Shown here piece by piece: positions 28,578-38,067 of a stretch of 64,000 nt of DNA; position 1 is the stretch's first letter, and each line of letters begins with the position of its first letter. The notes beneath the pieces are model-generated. The model was not told the DNA's origin. It worked only from the letters and a program-made list of their open reading frames with translations, and did no database searches. Both the position numbers and the translations under genes were made by a program. The DNA is from Thermoplasmata archaeon (GTDB taxonomy: Archaea; Thermoplasmatota; Thermoplasmata; Lutacidiplasmatales; UBA184): NCBI GenBank assembly GCA_041476045.1, contig JBGOSQ010000001.1, positions 8,846 through 72,845 of the forward strand. The letters are read 5' to 3'.

Positions 28578-29108
28578 ATGGTGATGTCCGCCGTCATGCA
28601 CCGCATCAAGGTCGTCAACGACATCAGCGAGCTCGTTCCGGTCCTGCGGGCCGTCGACACTCCCGTGAAGCTCAAGCTGGTCCAGCGCCTCGCCGATAGC
28701 TGGCTCACGGCCGAGGACGTCGAGCGCGAGTTCGGGAAGGAGGGCGTCAAGGCGCTCGCCTTCTTCGAGAAGCTCAAGCTCATCGACACGCGCTGGGTGG
28801 CGCGCGAGGGCCGCCGGCAGCCGGACAAGTCCTACCACTTCTACTACTCGACGATCAACATCAACACGACGGCCCCGCTCCAGGAGGTCTCGGAGATCCT
28901 CTCGATCGCCAGCATGAGCAACAAGGAGTACGAGAAGCTCGAGGAGCGGATCTTCGGCGCCGTCGGCGATGGCGGCCGGTTCTTCTCCGATATCGCGGAA
29001 GAGCTCGGAATGAGCCCGACGCGGCTCAAGGGCCTCGTCAAGCGCTCGGACAAGCTCGAGTACCGCGGACACCGGGTCGAACGGTTCCATGCCACCCCGG
29101 CGACCTAG
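28578..29108 (+). CDS. Archaeal ArsR-like winged-helix protein
   Basis: VVNDISELVPVL, KLIDTRW, KSYHFYYS, second HTH-like IAEELGMSPTRLKGLVKRS. Confidence 0.72.
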   Translation: MVMSAVMHRIKVVNDISELVPVLRAVDTPVKLKLVQRLADSWLTAEDVEREFGKEGVKALAFFEKLKLIDTRWVAREGRRQPDKSYHFYYSTININTTAPLQEVSEILSIASMSNKEYEKLEERIFGAVGDGGRFFSDIAEELGMSPTRLKGLVKRSDKLEYRGHRVERFHATPAT

Positions 29109-29646
29109 GTCGACCGGACCGGCGATCTCGGTCCTGCGGCTCGGCCACCGGGCGGGGCGGGATCCCCGCCTCACCACCCACGTGGCGCTCACCGCCCGGG
29201 CCTTCGGTGCGGAGCGGCTCTACCTCCATCCGCCGGACCCGGCGCTCGCGGAGCGCGTCGCCGCGGTCGGACGTACCTGGGGGGGCGGCTTCGAAATCCT
29301 CGGCGCCCCCGACTGGCGTTCGGTCGTTCGATCGTTCGACGGGGGGGTGGTGCACCTGACGATGTACGGCGAACCGATGGCGAAGCGATTGCCCTTGCTG
29401 CGCCGGCAACATCGCCTGCTCGTGGTCGTCGGTGGGGCGAAGGTTCCGTCGGAGGCGTACGAGCGCGCGACGTGGAACGTAGCGGTGGGGCATCAGCCCC
29501 ACAGCGAGGTGGCCGCGCTCGCGGTGCTCCTGGAACGTCTCCGGGGCGTCCCCGGACCGGGGCCCTGGTCCGGCGCGCTCCGCACCGTCGTACCGCAGGC
29601 CCGGGGAAAGAGGGTCGTCGGTCCGACCGGGAGCGCGTCGCCGTGA
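29089..29646 (+). CDS. trm56: tRNA (cytidine(56)-2'-O)-methyltransferase
   Basis: VLRLGHR..RDPRLTTHVALTARAFGA, HLTMYG, VGGAKVP, QPHSEVAAL. Confidence 0.95.
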   Translation: MPPRRPRSTGPAISVLRLGHRAGRDPRLTTHVALTARAFGAERLYLHPPDPALAERVAAVGRTWGGGFEILGAPDWRSVVRSFDGGVVHLTMYGEPMAKRLPLLRRQHRLLVVVGGAKVPSEAYERATWNVAVGHQPHSEVAALAVLLERLRGVPGPGPWSGALRTVVPQARGKRVVGPTGSASP

Positions 29647-30617
29647 CGGAGGCGTCGATCCCCGCGTCGCCGCTGCCGCTCTCGGCCCGGGCGCCAGGGA
29701 AGTGCATCATCTTCGGCGAGCATGCGGTGGTCCACGGGCGACCGGAGCTCGTCCTCGCGATCGACCTCACGACGCAGGTCGTCGTCCGCGCGGCGGAGTT
29801 CGCCCGCCTCGACGGGGACGCAGATGCGGCGCGCGCCCACCCGTACCTCCGCGAGGCGATGCGCCGTCTGTGGCCCGAAGGGGCGGAACCGCTCGAATGG
29901 ACGGCGGTCAGTCGCCTCCCGAAGGCCGCGGGCCTCGGCTCCTCGGCCGCCTTCACGGCGGCGGTCGCCACGGCGCTCCTCGCGGCACGCGGCGGCGCCG
30001 ACCGATCGATCCTCGCCGAACAGAGCTTTGCCATCGAGCGCGGCGCGCAGGGCGTCGGGAGCCCGGGGGATACGTCGGCGAGCGTCGCCGGCGGGCTCAT
30101 CGCGATCAACGGCGGCGAGGGCCCGCCCCTCTGGGAGCTTCAGGCCGACGACCAGCGATGGCTGGTCCGGCGCGTGGCGGACCCCGGGTGGGTCTGGCTC
30201 GTGGCGTACACGGGGGTGCCCCGGTCGACGGCCGATGCGGTCCGCGCGGTCGGGCGACGGTTGGCCGAGCCGGACGGTCCCAAGCTGCTCGATTCCTTCG
30301 CGGACGTCGCGACGCGGGGCATCGAGGCGGTCCGTCGTGAGGACCGCCCCGAGACGGGCCGTTGGATGAACGAGAACCAGCGTCTCCTTCGGGAGGTCGG
30401 CGTTTCGCACCCTCGGATCGAGGCGCTCCTGGAGGCGCTGGGACCGTCGGTCGAGGGCGCTAAGCTCACGGGGGCCGGTGCCGGCGGATCGATCGTCGCG
30501 CTGCCGAAACCCGGGCGCGAGATCGAGGCGCAGCGCCGTATCGAACGTGCGGGCGGCCATCCGTACGTTGTGCGCGCCGCGCCGAGCGGCGCGATCGTGA
30601 TCCCCGCGCCGCCCTGA
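29643..30617 (+). CDS. mvk: Mevalonate kinase (GHMP family)
   Basis: APGKCIIFGEHAVVHG, LPKAAGLGSSAA, SPGDT, GAKLTGAGAGG. Confidence 0.92.
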   Translation: MTEASIPASPLPLSARAPGKCIIFGEHAVVHGRPELVLAIDLTTQVVVRAAEFARLDGDADAARAHPYLREAMRRLWPEGAEPLEWTAVSRLPKAAGLGSSAAFTAAVATALLAARGGADRSILAEQSFAIERGAQGVGSPGDTSASVAGGLIAINGGEGPPLWELQADDQRWLVRRVADPGWVWLVAYTGVPRSTADAVRAVGRRLAEPDGPKLLDSFADVATRGIEAVRREDRPETGRWMNENQRLLREVGVSHPRIEALLEALGPSVEGAKLTGAGAGGSIVALPKPGREIEAQRRIERAGGHPYVVRAAPSGAIVIPAPP

Positions 30618-30622
30618 GCGGT

Positions 30623-31819
30623 CTACTTCCGCGCGACGATCCGGACGACGGAGCCCGGGTCGAGCGGGTGGTCGGCGGCGAGGGCGCGGTGCGTCCTCCC
30701 GTCGATCGCGCGGATGAAGTGCTCGCCCAGGTCGGTGTGGACCCGGTACGCCACCGCGCGCGCGGGCGTATGTAGGGGCACGATGATCGCGTCGGGGAGA
30801 ACGCGCCCGCGCGAGTCGGTCCATCGCTGCTCGTCCTCGACGGGGAAGACGACCATCTGCGCGAGTCGGTCGAAGACCATCCGTTCGAGAACGGGCTGTA
30901 CCCCCGTCGACCCCCATCGTTCGAGGAGCGTGCGGATCTCCGAGAGCGCGTGCCGCTGCGCCGCGGTGAGCCGCCCCGGGTCGGTCTCGCGGAAGGTGGC
31001 GTCGCCCGGCCGGTACGCCACGAGGTTGGCGCGCGCCGCGCGACGGAGCGTGAGCTCGGCCTCGGCCATCGTGGCCGCGACCGGTGTCGGCGCGATCCGT
31101 TCCTTGAGGTCGGCGAAGGCGTCGGGCTGGATCCGGTCGACCTTGTTCGCGGCGACGAGGCGCGGTTTCGCGGCGATGAGCAGCGCCTCCGCGAGCGCGC
31201 GCCGCTCGGCGCGCGTCCACAACGAGGGACGGGCCCGATCGACGGGTGAGTTCCGCAGGGCGGTCGCGATCGCATGCGGACCGATCGAGAGGCCGGTGAG
31301 CCGCGTTTGGAGGAACTCCTCGACCTTCGATCCCTCGAGCTCGACGCTCTTGGCATAGCGATCGAAGTCCTTCGAGAGGATCCCGTTGATCCAGTCGATG
31401 AGCTCCTCCTGGAGCCAAAGGACCTCCTCCGAGGGATCCTGGCTCCCGACCGGTGCGAGGGTCCCGTCGGCGGTGGTGCCGCCCGAGGCGTCGACGACCT
31501 GGAGGAATCCGTCGGCCGCGCGCAGGTCATCGAGGAACTTGTGTCCGAGCCCTTTCCCCTCGTGCGCGCCGGGGACAAGTCCGGGAACGTCGACCAGGTT
31601 CACCGGTACCCATCGGGTCCCGTCGACGCATTTCGCGTTGCCCGGCGTGCACGCCGTACCCTTTTCCGTGTGCGGGCAGGGCACGCGGACGGCTCCGACA
31701 CCGCGGTTGGGCTCGGTCGTCGTGAAGGGGTACGGGGCCATCGGGACGTCGAGGAGTGTCAGGGCGTTGAACAACGTCGACTTCCCGACGTTCGGTTTGC
31801 CGACGACACCGACCTCCAT
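30623..31819 (-). CDS. ychF: YchF-like translation-associated GTPase/ATPase
   Basis: GKPNVGKST, YPFTT..PN.G, DVPGLVPGAHEGKGLG, ANK, C-terminal TGS. Confidence 0.93.
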   Translation of the reverse strand: MEVGVVGKPNVGKSTLFNALTLLDVPMAPYPFTTTEPNRGVGAVRVPCPHTEKGTACTPGNAKCVDGTRWVPVNLVDVPGLVPGAHEGKGLGHKFLDDLRAADGFLQVVDASGGTTADGTLAPVGSQDPSEEVLWLQEELIDWINGILSKDFDRYAKSVELEGSKVEEFLQTRLTGLSIGPHAIATALRNSPVDRARPSLWTRAERRALAEALLIAAKPRLVAANKVDRIQPDAFADLKERIAPTPVAATMAEAELTLRRAARANLVAYRPGDATFRETDPGRLTAAQRHALSEIRTLLERWGSTGVQPVLERMVFDRLAQMVVFPVEDEQRWTDSRGRVLPDAIIVPLHTPARAVAYRVHTDLGEHFIRAIDGRTHRALAADHPLDPGSVVRIVARK

Positions 31820-31967
31820 ATCGACCGTCCGAGAACGAGGGTCGCACAGAGAGGCGGTAGTTGAGCCTTGAGGAGCCGTCCCCTCGGGGGACGGGTGGCC
31901 TCCGCCGCCCTCTCACTTGTTCCTGGGGTTCCAAATAGGGCGTTCCGCGAATCCACGGCGAAGAGCG

Positions 31968-33134
31968 ATGGCCGACTCCGAGCCCCTGCCCCAGATCGCC
32001 CGAGCCCGGTGGCCGCCGCCTCCCCCTCCGACGCCGCGGATGCCGCCGGACGCCCGATGGTCGCAGACCTCCCCCGTCGTCGGCCGCGTTGCGACGCGCG
32101 TGCGGGGTGCGATCGACTACCTGCGTGCCCGGCCGATCCTTGTACTCCTTCTGATGTCGCCCGGTCTCCCGGAGTACCTTTCCGGGTCGAGCCCGCTCAA
32201 CGCAATCGCGCTGAACCCCGCGTGGTTCGTGCTTCAGCTCGGCCTCAATCTCGGCCTCTACGGCCCCGGCGTCCTGCTGATCCGGTAGGCGTCCGTGCGA
32301 TGGAAAAAGGGCCTCATCTCGGTCCTCCTGCTCGGTGCCGCGTATGGGATCCTCGAGGAAGGGATCGCACTCAGCACCTTGTTCAACCCCTCCGCGAGCG
32401 TCGTCGGCGGTCTCGGGAGCTATGGGCATTTCATGGGCGTCAACACCGTCTGGGTGCCAGTCGTTCTGATGGTGCACATGGTCTTCAGCATCGGTCTGCC
32501 GATCTTCCTCCTCGGGATGGCGCTCCCCGAGACGCGGGGGAAGAGACTCCTCACGAACCGCGGCATCACCATGGCCTTCGCAGTGTTGGCCACGGACGTC
32601 CTGGTGCTCGTGCTGTTCGTCTATGCCGCGGCGCACTTCTGGATGGGTTGGCCGATCTTCGCGGGAAGCTTCGCGGCGATCGCCGGGCTCACCCTCGCGG
32701 CGTACCGGTGGCCCGCGGAATCCGTCATGCCGACGCGTCCTGCGCGTCCGGGAGGGCTATGGCCGCCCGCGATCATGGGCGTGCTGCTCTTCGTGGGCGT
32801 GATTTTCGCCCAGCGACTTGGCGAATCGTGGGGGGCTCCCCCCTTCGCCGTGATCACCGTCGTCATCGCGGTCGAGCTCGCGATCGGGCTGTATGCGTAA
32901 GGGTACCTTCGGGGGGCCGGGAACGAGCGTCGCCAGCTCTCCTTCGCCCTCGGACTGCTCGCCCCCATCGTCGTTTTCGGCTTCTTGGCACAGTATCAGC
33001 TCGACCTCGTCCTGTTCGCCGACGCGGCCATCGTCCTGTGGTTCGTGCGTCTGCTGCGGGCGTACGACGGCACACCGGAACGCACGAGGGATTGGCGGTC
33101 GTCGGGCGCCCACCCGGAGCGCGGCGTCGCCTAG
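31968..33134 (+). pseudogene. Multi-TM membrane protein gene interrupted by two in-frame stops (TAG 32286-32288, TAA 32898-32900)
   Basis: One reading frame: ..GVLLIR*ASVRWKKG..AAYGILEEG.. and ..GLYA*GYLRGAGNERRQLSFALGLL..; hydrophobic coding-like sequence continues to TAG 33132-33134. Confidence 0.75.
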
Positions 33135-33685
33135 GTCGAATAGTCCGGGCTCGACTCGGCGAACCCCTCGGAGCGATTGAGCGAGAGCGCCATCGCGAAG
33201 AGCAGGTCGCTCACACGGTTGGCCCACTGGAGGAGCTCGGGGGAGATCGGCTCGACCCGGTGCAAGGCCCGCATCTCCCGCTCGGCGCGCCGCGCCACGG
33301 TCCGCGCGACGTGGAGCTCGGTCGCCGCCGGACCGCCGCGCGCGAGCACGAACGTCGAGACGGGGTCGAAGGTGCCGACGAGGCGGTCGATCTCGCGCTC
33401 GGCGCGTAGGACGTGGCGGCTCTCGATGCGGTGGGCGGGCGGCGACCCGCCCAGCGGTGTCGCCAGCTCCGCCTGCGCGACGTACAGCTCGTGCTGGAGC
33501 CTCAGGATCGTCTCGCTGAGGTCCCCGCGGGATCCGGGGAGCTCGGCGGCCGCACGGCCCAGGTGGGCCCCGAGCTCGTCGAGCGTCCCGAAAGCGGCGA
33601 GGCGCGGTGAGTCCTTCGCTACGCGGGCGCCGCCCAGGAGACCGGTCTCGCCGCGGTCGCCGGCGCGGGTGTATAGCCGCGTAAT
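33131..33685 (-). CDS. pduO: Cob(I)alamin adenosyltransferase, PduO type; start codon reads ATT
   Basis: Manual translation ITRLYTRAGDRGETGL..RVAKDS..FGTLDEL...LHVARTVARRAER...NRVSDLLF; in-frame TGA three codons upstream and no ATG/GTG/TTG before the motif. Confidence 0.88.
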   Translation of the reverse strand: MTRLYTRAGDRGETGLLGGARVAKDSPRLAAFGTLDELGAHLGRAAAELPGSRGDLSETILRLQHELYVAQAELATPLGGSPPAHRIESRHVLRAEREIDRLVGTFDPVSTFVLARGGPAATELHVARTVARRAEREMRALHRVEPISPELLQWANRVSDLLFAMALSLNRSEGFAESSPDYST

Positions 33686-33846
33686 CTCGCCTCAGGTCGT
33701 CCCGGGAGGGCATCGAGCGGAGAGCTCAGTCCGTGGACGGGACAGAACGAGATGTGCAGCACCTCATTATGCTTGGCGTCCTGACGGCACAGTCGGCAGA
33801 TAAATCCGCTTCGCTCACTCCACGCTACGACACCGAACGTTTCCAT
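33619..33846 (-). CDS. Small putative zinc-binding protein (CxxC...CPVH); natural end probably 33682
   Basis: METFGVVAWSERSGFICRLCRQDAKHNEVLHISFCPVHG; a single base change at 33683 would give an ATGA stop/start overlap with pduO. Confidence 0.6.
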   Translation of the reverse strand: METFGVVAWSERSGFICRLCRQDAKHNEVLHISFCPVHGLSSPLDALPGRPEARLRGYTPAPATAARPVSWAAPA

Positions 33847-33873
33847 TTCGACACCCCAATTTTCCCCGGAGAT

Positions 33874-34284
33874 CTAGCGCTCGAGGAGTCCCCGACCCTC
33901 TCGGTCCCCCCGTCGGCGCGCGCGGGTCCGCTCCGACTGGTCCCGGGCGTGCTTGCGCAACGCCGGTAGCCGGTCGGTGTGGAGCTTCGTCAGCTCCCCC
34001 AGACCCATCGTCAGGACGAGGGTGAGCGCCCCGTCCACGCTCGACGCCCAGCCGTCTTCCACGATCTCCTCGAGCTTCGCTCGCAAGGAGATCGGCACGT
34101 CGAGCGCGCTCGGACCCGGGACCGTTTCCGGCGCGCTCAGGAGAGCGCGCACCGCTTCGGATCGGCTCGGGTTGCCGTGCGCGGTCCGCCATGCATCGAG
34201 GTGTTCCAGCTCGCTCTGCGTGAGTCGCACGCCGAGGAACCGGTCCGCCCGAGAGTCCGACCGGGGGGTCCGCACAGTGTTCAA
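33874..34284 (-). CDS. Ribbon-helix-helix (CopG-like) DNA-binding protein
   Basis: FLGVRLTQSELEHLDAW...SRSEAVRALL; second RHH-like unit LDVPISLRAKLEEIVEDGWASS; start uncertain. Confidence 0.72.
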   Translation of the reverse strand: MNTVRTPRSDSRADRFLGVRLTQSELEHLDAWRTAHGNPSRSEAVRALLSAPETVPGPSALDVPISLRAKLEEIVEDGWASSVDGALTLVLTMGLGELTKLHTDRLPALRKHARDQSERTRARRRGDREGRGLLER

Positions 34285-34290
34285 CAGAAT

Positions 34291-34331
34291 ACAACGATTA
34301 CTTAATCATTGTGTAATTTCGTTAAACGATT
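34291..34331. promoter_or_regulatory. AT-rich operator-like region with two palindromes built from AACGATT half-sites
   Basis: ACAACGATTA-CT-TAATCATTGT (1 mismatch) at 34291-34312 and TCGTT-A-AACGA at 34319-34329, immediately upstream of the RHH gene. Confidence 0.6.
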
Positions 34332-34458
34332 CACCTTCCCGCGACCGCCGGGTCCGTGCCACTGTGTGGGGGGCGAGAGCAGTTATCCGGTTCCGGCGAA
34401 ATATTTCCCAGTTCTAAGTGCCCCGACCTTAAAGGGCAGAACGCCCGCAGGGGGGTCC

Positions 34459-37400
34459 GTGGTCGCCTTCCTTCTGAACCTGGGAGCCTCTCGTCTTTCG
34501 CGCCGAACCCTTGGGATCGCCTTCGTGCTCGCAGTGGTCGGCGCGATGCTCATCGGGTCGATGCCGTCCGGGACCCATCTCGCCCCGTCGGGAACTCCTG
34601 CGATGCCGATCGGGTCGGACGCAGCGGCCAGTGCGCTCGCGGCTGCGAGGACATCGCTGAGTCTCGGGAAGGGTCCGACCTCGGCCGTTACTCCCTCCGC
34701 CACGGGCGGGGGACCGGGCCCGCAGCTGACCGCGGGCGCGTTGGGAACTCCGTGGAACCTATTGTACAATTACTCTCAGCCCTCGGCACGAGCGACCCCC
34801 GCGATGGCGTACGATCCTGCCGCGCACGCGGTCATCTATTTCGGCGGCGGCTGGAACCTCGGACAGTCGGGGAACGACACCTGGACGTTCGCGGGCGGAA
34901 ATTGGACGAACATCAGCGCGACCCTCTCCGTCGCGCCCGGACCGCGGGACGGCGCCGTCATGACATACGACGCAGCGGACCAATATATCGTGCTCTTCGG
35001 CGGCTTCACGAATTCGTTCGCCGGCGCGCCGAACACCTCCTGGGCCAACGGTTCCTACGCCCTCGCCGACACCTGGTCGTTCCAGTGGGGCTATTGGACG
35101 AACATCACCTCTCTTTCCCCTGCAGCGCCGCCCGCGCGCTTCATGGGGGCGATGACCTACGACTACACCGACGGCTACGCCGTCCTCTTCGGCGGTGACG
35201 CCCTCAACGGAACCCTGTTCAATGACACCTGGACGTTCTCCGGCGGCGTTTGGAACGACATCAGCGCGTCCGTGGGAACGGCACCGGCCGGACGTAGTTT
35301 TGCCGCGATGGCCGACGATCCATCGGACGGCTACGTCGTCCTGTTCGGCGGGTGGGACTCGATAAACTGGACGATCTTCAACGACACCTGGACCTTCTCC
35401 GCCGGATCGTGGACCCTGCTGCCGGCCGCTTCCGCTCCGCTGCAGCTGCGCGGCGCTGCGATGGCGTACGACGCCGCCCGGACCGAGCTGGTCCTGTTCG
35501 GTGGGGCCACCTACGGCTATTTCGGCCCCATCGTCCCGCAGGCGGAAACGTGGACCTTTGCCGCGGGCGCATGGACCGACATCTCCTCCACGATCGCGAG
35601 CGCCCCGCCCGCACGATTCTCCGCGGGCATCACGAACATCTCGTCCTCGGGTAGCCTCCTCATGGCCGATGGATGCCTCGCCGCAGGATGCTTCAGCTAC
35701 GTCGACATCTCCGACGGCTGGCTCTACAACGCCTCGGGACCGATCGGGCGCGCGTGGATCCCCGTAGGGGAATCCGACCAACCCTCCCAACGGGCCACGC
35801 CCGCGATGGCGTACGACGCGGTCGACCACTACGTGCTCTACTTCGGCGGCGGTTGGAACGTGGGCGAGTCCGTCGGCGACACCTGGACGTTCGCCAACGG
35901 TACGTGGACCAACATCACCGCGAACCTGACATCAGCGCCCAGTCCGCGCGAAAACGCGTTGATGACGTATGATGCCGGGGATGAGTACGTCCTCCTGTTC
36001 GGCGGTTACACCGATAACGGTCACGGCGGAATTGGTTCGTACACCCTTCACGACACGTGGAAGTTCACGGCGGGAGCCTGGACGAACATCACCGCCTTCT
36101 CTTCGACGGCGCCGCCGCCCCGGTTCATGGGAGCGATGACCTACGACTACACCGACGGCTACGCCCTCCTGTTCGGCGGCGACCAGCTGGGTTACAACGC
36201 GATGGCCGACACTTGGACGTTCAGCACGGGTAACTGGACCGACATCACCACAAGCTCCGGCCCGGCCCCGCCGCCGCGCAACTTCGCATCGCTGACGGAC
36301 GACCCGGCCGACGGGTACTTGCTACTGTTCGGCGGCTGGGACTCCGACACCCACACCGTCTACGGCGACACGTGGACCTTCTCGCACGGCGCCTGGACGC
36401 AGGTCACGACGCCCGTGGCACCGGTCCCGCTGCGCGGCGCCATGGTCGCCTATGAGGCGGTGGGAGGCTACGTCCTGCTCTACGGAGGCGTCACGTACTC
36501 CTCCCCCGGCTGGCCGTTCGGCCTCGAGAGCGAGACGTGGATGTTCTCCGGCGGTAACTGGACGAACCTGACGCCATACATCACGACCGAGCCGCCGGCG
36601 CGGTTCTCGGCGGGAATAACGAACATCTCCGACACCGGATCCATCGTCATGGCGGACGGTTGTCTCGGCCAAGGCTGCATTCCGTTCGAGGACCTCGCGA
36701 ACACCTGGATCTTCAACTGGACGAGCATCAACGGGACGCTGGGCCTCGCCGTTCATCCCACCCCCCTCGACCCGACGGCCTCCTTCGCCGTCACCGCGGT
36801 CGGGGGCAACTGGGCCTACCACTACGCGTACGACGGCCTCCCCGTCGGCTGCACTTCGATCGACTCCGCGTCCCTGACGTGCGTCCCCATCGGGGCCGGG
36901 ACCTATTCGGTCGGCGTGCTGGTCAGCGACACGGCGGGCCGGACCCTCGCGCTCTCGGTGAACCTGACCGTGCTGGGAGAGGAGCTCTCGATCGCGGCCG
37001 TCGCGTCGGTCCCCGAGCTCGATCTCGGTCAGCCGGTCGTCCTGACCGCTGCCGCGACCGGCGGCGCGGGCGCTCCGTGGACCTTTGGCTACCTGGCCCT
37101 GCCGCCCGGATGCACGAGCCAGAACTCGGCGTCGTTGTCGTGCACCCCGGCGCAGAGCGGAACGTTCCACGTCATCGTCACCGTGACCGATGCGTCCGGC
37201 CGAACGGCGACGACGGTGGTCGCGGTCCTGGTCCATCCCGCCGTGGTGGTTTCGGCGCTGGTCTCTGCGTCGACGATCGATCTGAGCGAATCGATCACGA
37301 TGTCGACCGCGGCCTCGTACGGTTCCGCGGTCTACCATTACGTGTGGTCGAACCTGCCGGCCGGCTGCTCGTTGCCAAGCGGTTCCACCGTGCAATGCAC

Positions 37401-38007
37401 CCCCACGACCGTGGGCACCTGGACGATCTCCGCCGGAGCGATCGACACGCTCGGACAGTCCGCGATGGTGGACCCGATCGGTCTCACCGTCAATCCGGTG
37501 CCGACCGTCCAGGGGTTGGCGACCGTCGGCGGGCCTTCGCAGCCTCTCTCCGTAGACCTCGTGGCCGATCTCGCGGGCGGCACGGCGCCGTTCGAGGTCG
37601 CGTGGGTCTTCGGCGATGGTCTGACGGGATCGGGCCTCTCGGTGAGCCACACGTACGGTGCGGGCGGCACGTACGCCCCGCAGGTCTTCGTCAACGACTC
37701 CCGCGGGTTCTCGGCCTCCTGGTCCGTCGAGGTCACCGTCCAGGCTCCCGCGATCGTCCACACCCCGCTCCCCCACATCGGGACGAGCGGAGGCGGCGGG
37801 GGGGCCTGGTACGACGCCATCGGCGGCGAGTTCGGTCTCGGCGTCGTGTTCGGGCTCCTCGCGCTGGCGATGGTGGGCATTTGGGCTGCGCGGCGACGCC
37901 GTGCGCTCGCCGACGCGACCCGGTTCGTCGAGGATCTTCGATCACCCGCGCCGACGATAGGTTCGTCCCACCGCAGCAACGACCCGGCAGACCGGGGGCA
38001 TCCGTAG
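34459..38007 (+). CDS. Cell-surface protein: signal/TM, two tandem Kelch beta-propellers, Ig/PKD-like repeats, C-terminal TM anchor
   Basis: About 12 repeats of P.R....M.YD......LFGG....DTW.F..G.WT; LP.GC..C.P...GT repeats; WVFGDG...SHTY PKD; TM followed by RRRR. Confidence 0.88.
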   Translation: MVAFLLNLGASRLSRRTLGIAFVLAVVGAMLIGSMPSGTHLAPSGTPAMPIGSDAAASALAAARTSLSLGKGPTSAVTPSATGGGPGPQLTAGALGTPWNLLYNYSQPSARATPAMAYDPAAHAVIYFGGGWNLGQSGNDTWTFAGGNWTNISATLSVAPGPRDGAVMTYDAADQYIVLFGGFTNSFAGAPNTSWANGSYALADTWSFQWGYWTNITSLSPAAPPARFMGAMTYDYTDGYAVLFGGDALNGTLFNDTWTFSGGVWNDISASVGTAPAGRSFAAMADDPSDGYVVLFGGWDSINWTIFNDTWTFSAGSWTLLPAASAPLQLRGAAMAYDAARTELVLFGGATYGYFGPIVPQAETWTFAAGAWTDISSTIASAPPARFSAGITNISSSGSLLMADGCLAAGCFSYVDISDGWLYNASGPIGRAWIPVGESDQPSQRATPAMAYDAVDHYVLYFGGGWNVGESVGDTWTFANGTWTNITANLTSAPSPRENALMTYDAGDEYVLLFGGYTDNGHGGIGSYTLHDTWKFTAGAWTNITAFSSTAPPPRFMGAMTYDYTDGYALLFGGDQLGYNAMADTWTFSTGNWTDITTSSGPAPPPRNFASLTDDPADGYLLLFGGWDSDTHTVYGDTWTFSHGAWTQVTTPVAPVPLRGAMVAYEAVGGYVLLYGGVTYSSPGWPFGLESETWMFSGGNWTNLTPYITTEPPARFSAGITNISDTGSIVMADGCLGQGCIPFEDLANTWIFNWTSINGTLGLAVHPTPLDPTASFAVTAVGGNWAYHYAYDGLPVGCTSIDSASLTCVPIGAGTYSVGVLVSDTAGRTLALSVNLTVLGEELSIAAVASVPELDLGQPVVLTAAATGGAGAPWTFGYLALPPGCTSQNSASLSCTPAQSGTFHVIVTVTDASGRTATTVVAVLVHPAVVVSALVSASTIDLSESITMSTAASYGSAVYHYVWSNLPAGCSLPSGSTVQCTPTTVGTWTISAGAIDTLGQSAMVDPIGLTVNPVPTVQGLATVGGPSQPLSVDLVADLAGGTAPFEVAWVFGDGLTGSGLSVSHTYGAGGTYAPQVFVNDSRGFSASWSVEVTVQAPAIVHTPLPHIGTSGGGGGAWYDAIGGEFGLGVVFGLLALAMVGIWAARRRRALADATRFVEDLRSPAPTIGSSHRSNDPADRGHP

Positions 38008-38067
38008 GCAGCCGAGTACGATAGAACCCGAGGCGCGATACGGGGTGCGGGGGGGGACGCAGCCTCG

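Noticed and set aside
32286..32288. Pyrrolysine or other stop-codon recoding at the in-frame TAG
   Set aside because: The same gene also has an in-frame TAA, TAG ends many ordinary genes here, and no pyl genes are in the window
34777..36720. Diversity-generating retroelement template/variable repeat pair in the Kelch gene
   Set aside because: The repeats are in-frame protein-level duplications with differences not confined to adenines; no reverse transcriptase in the window
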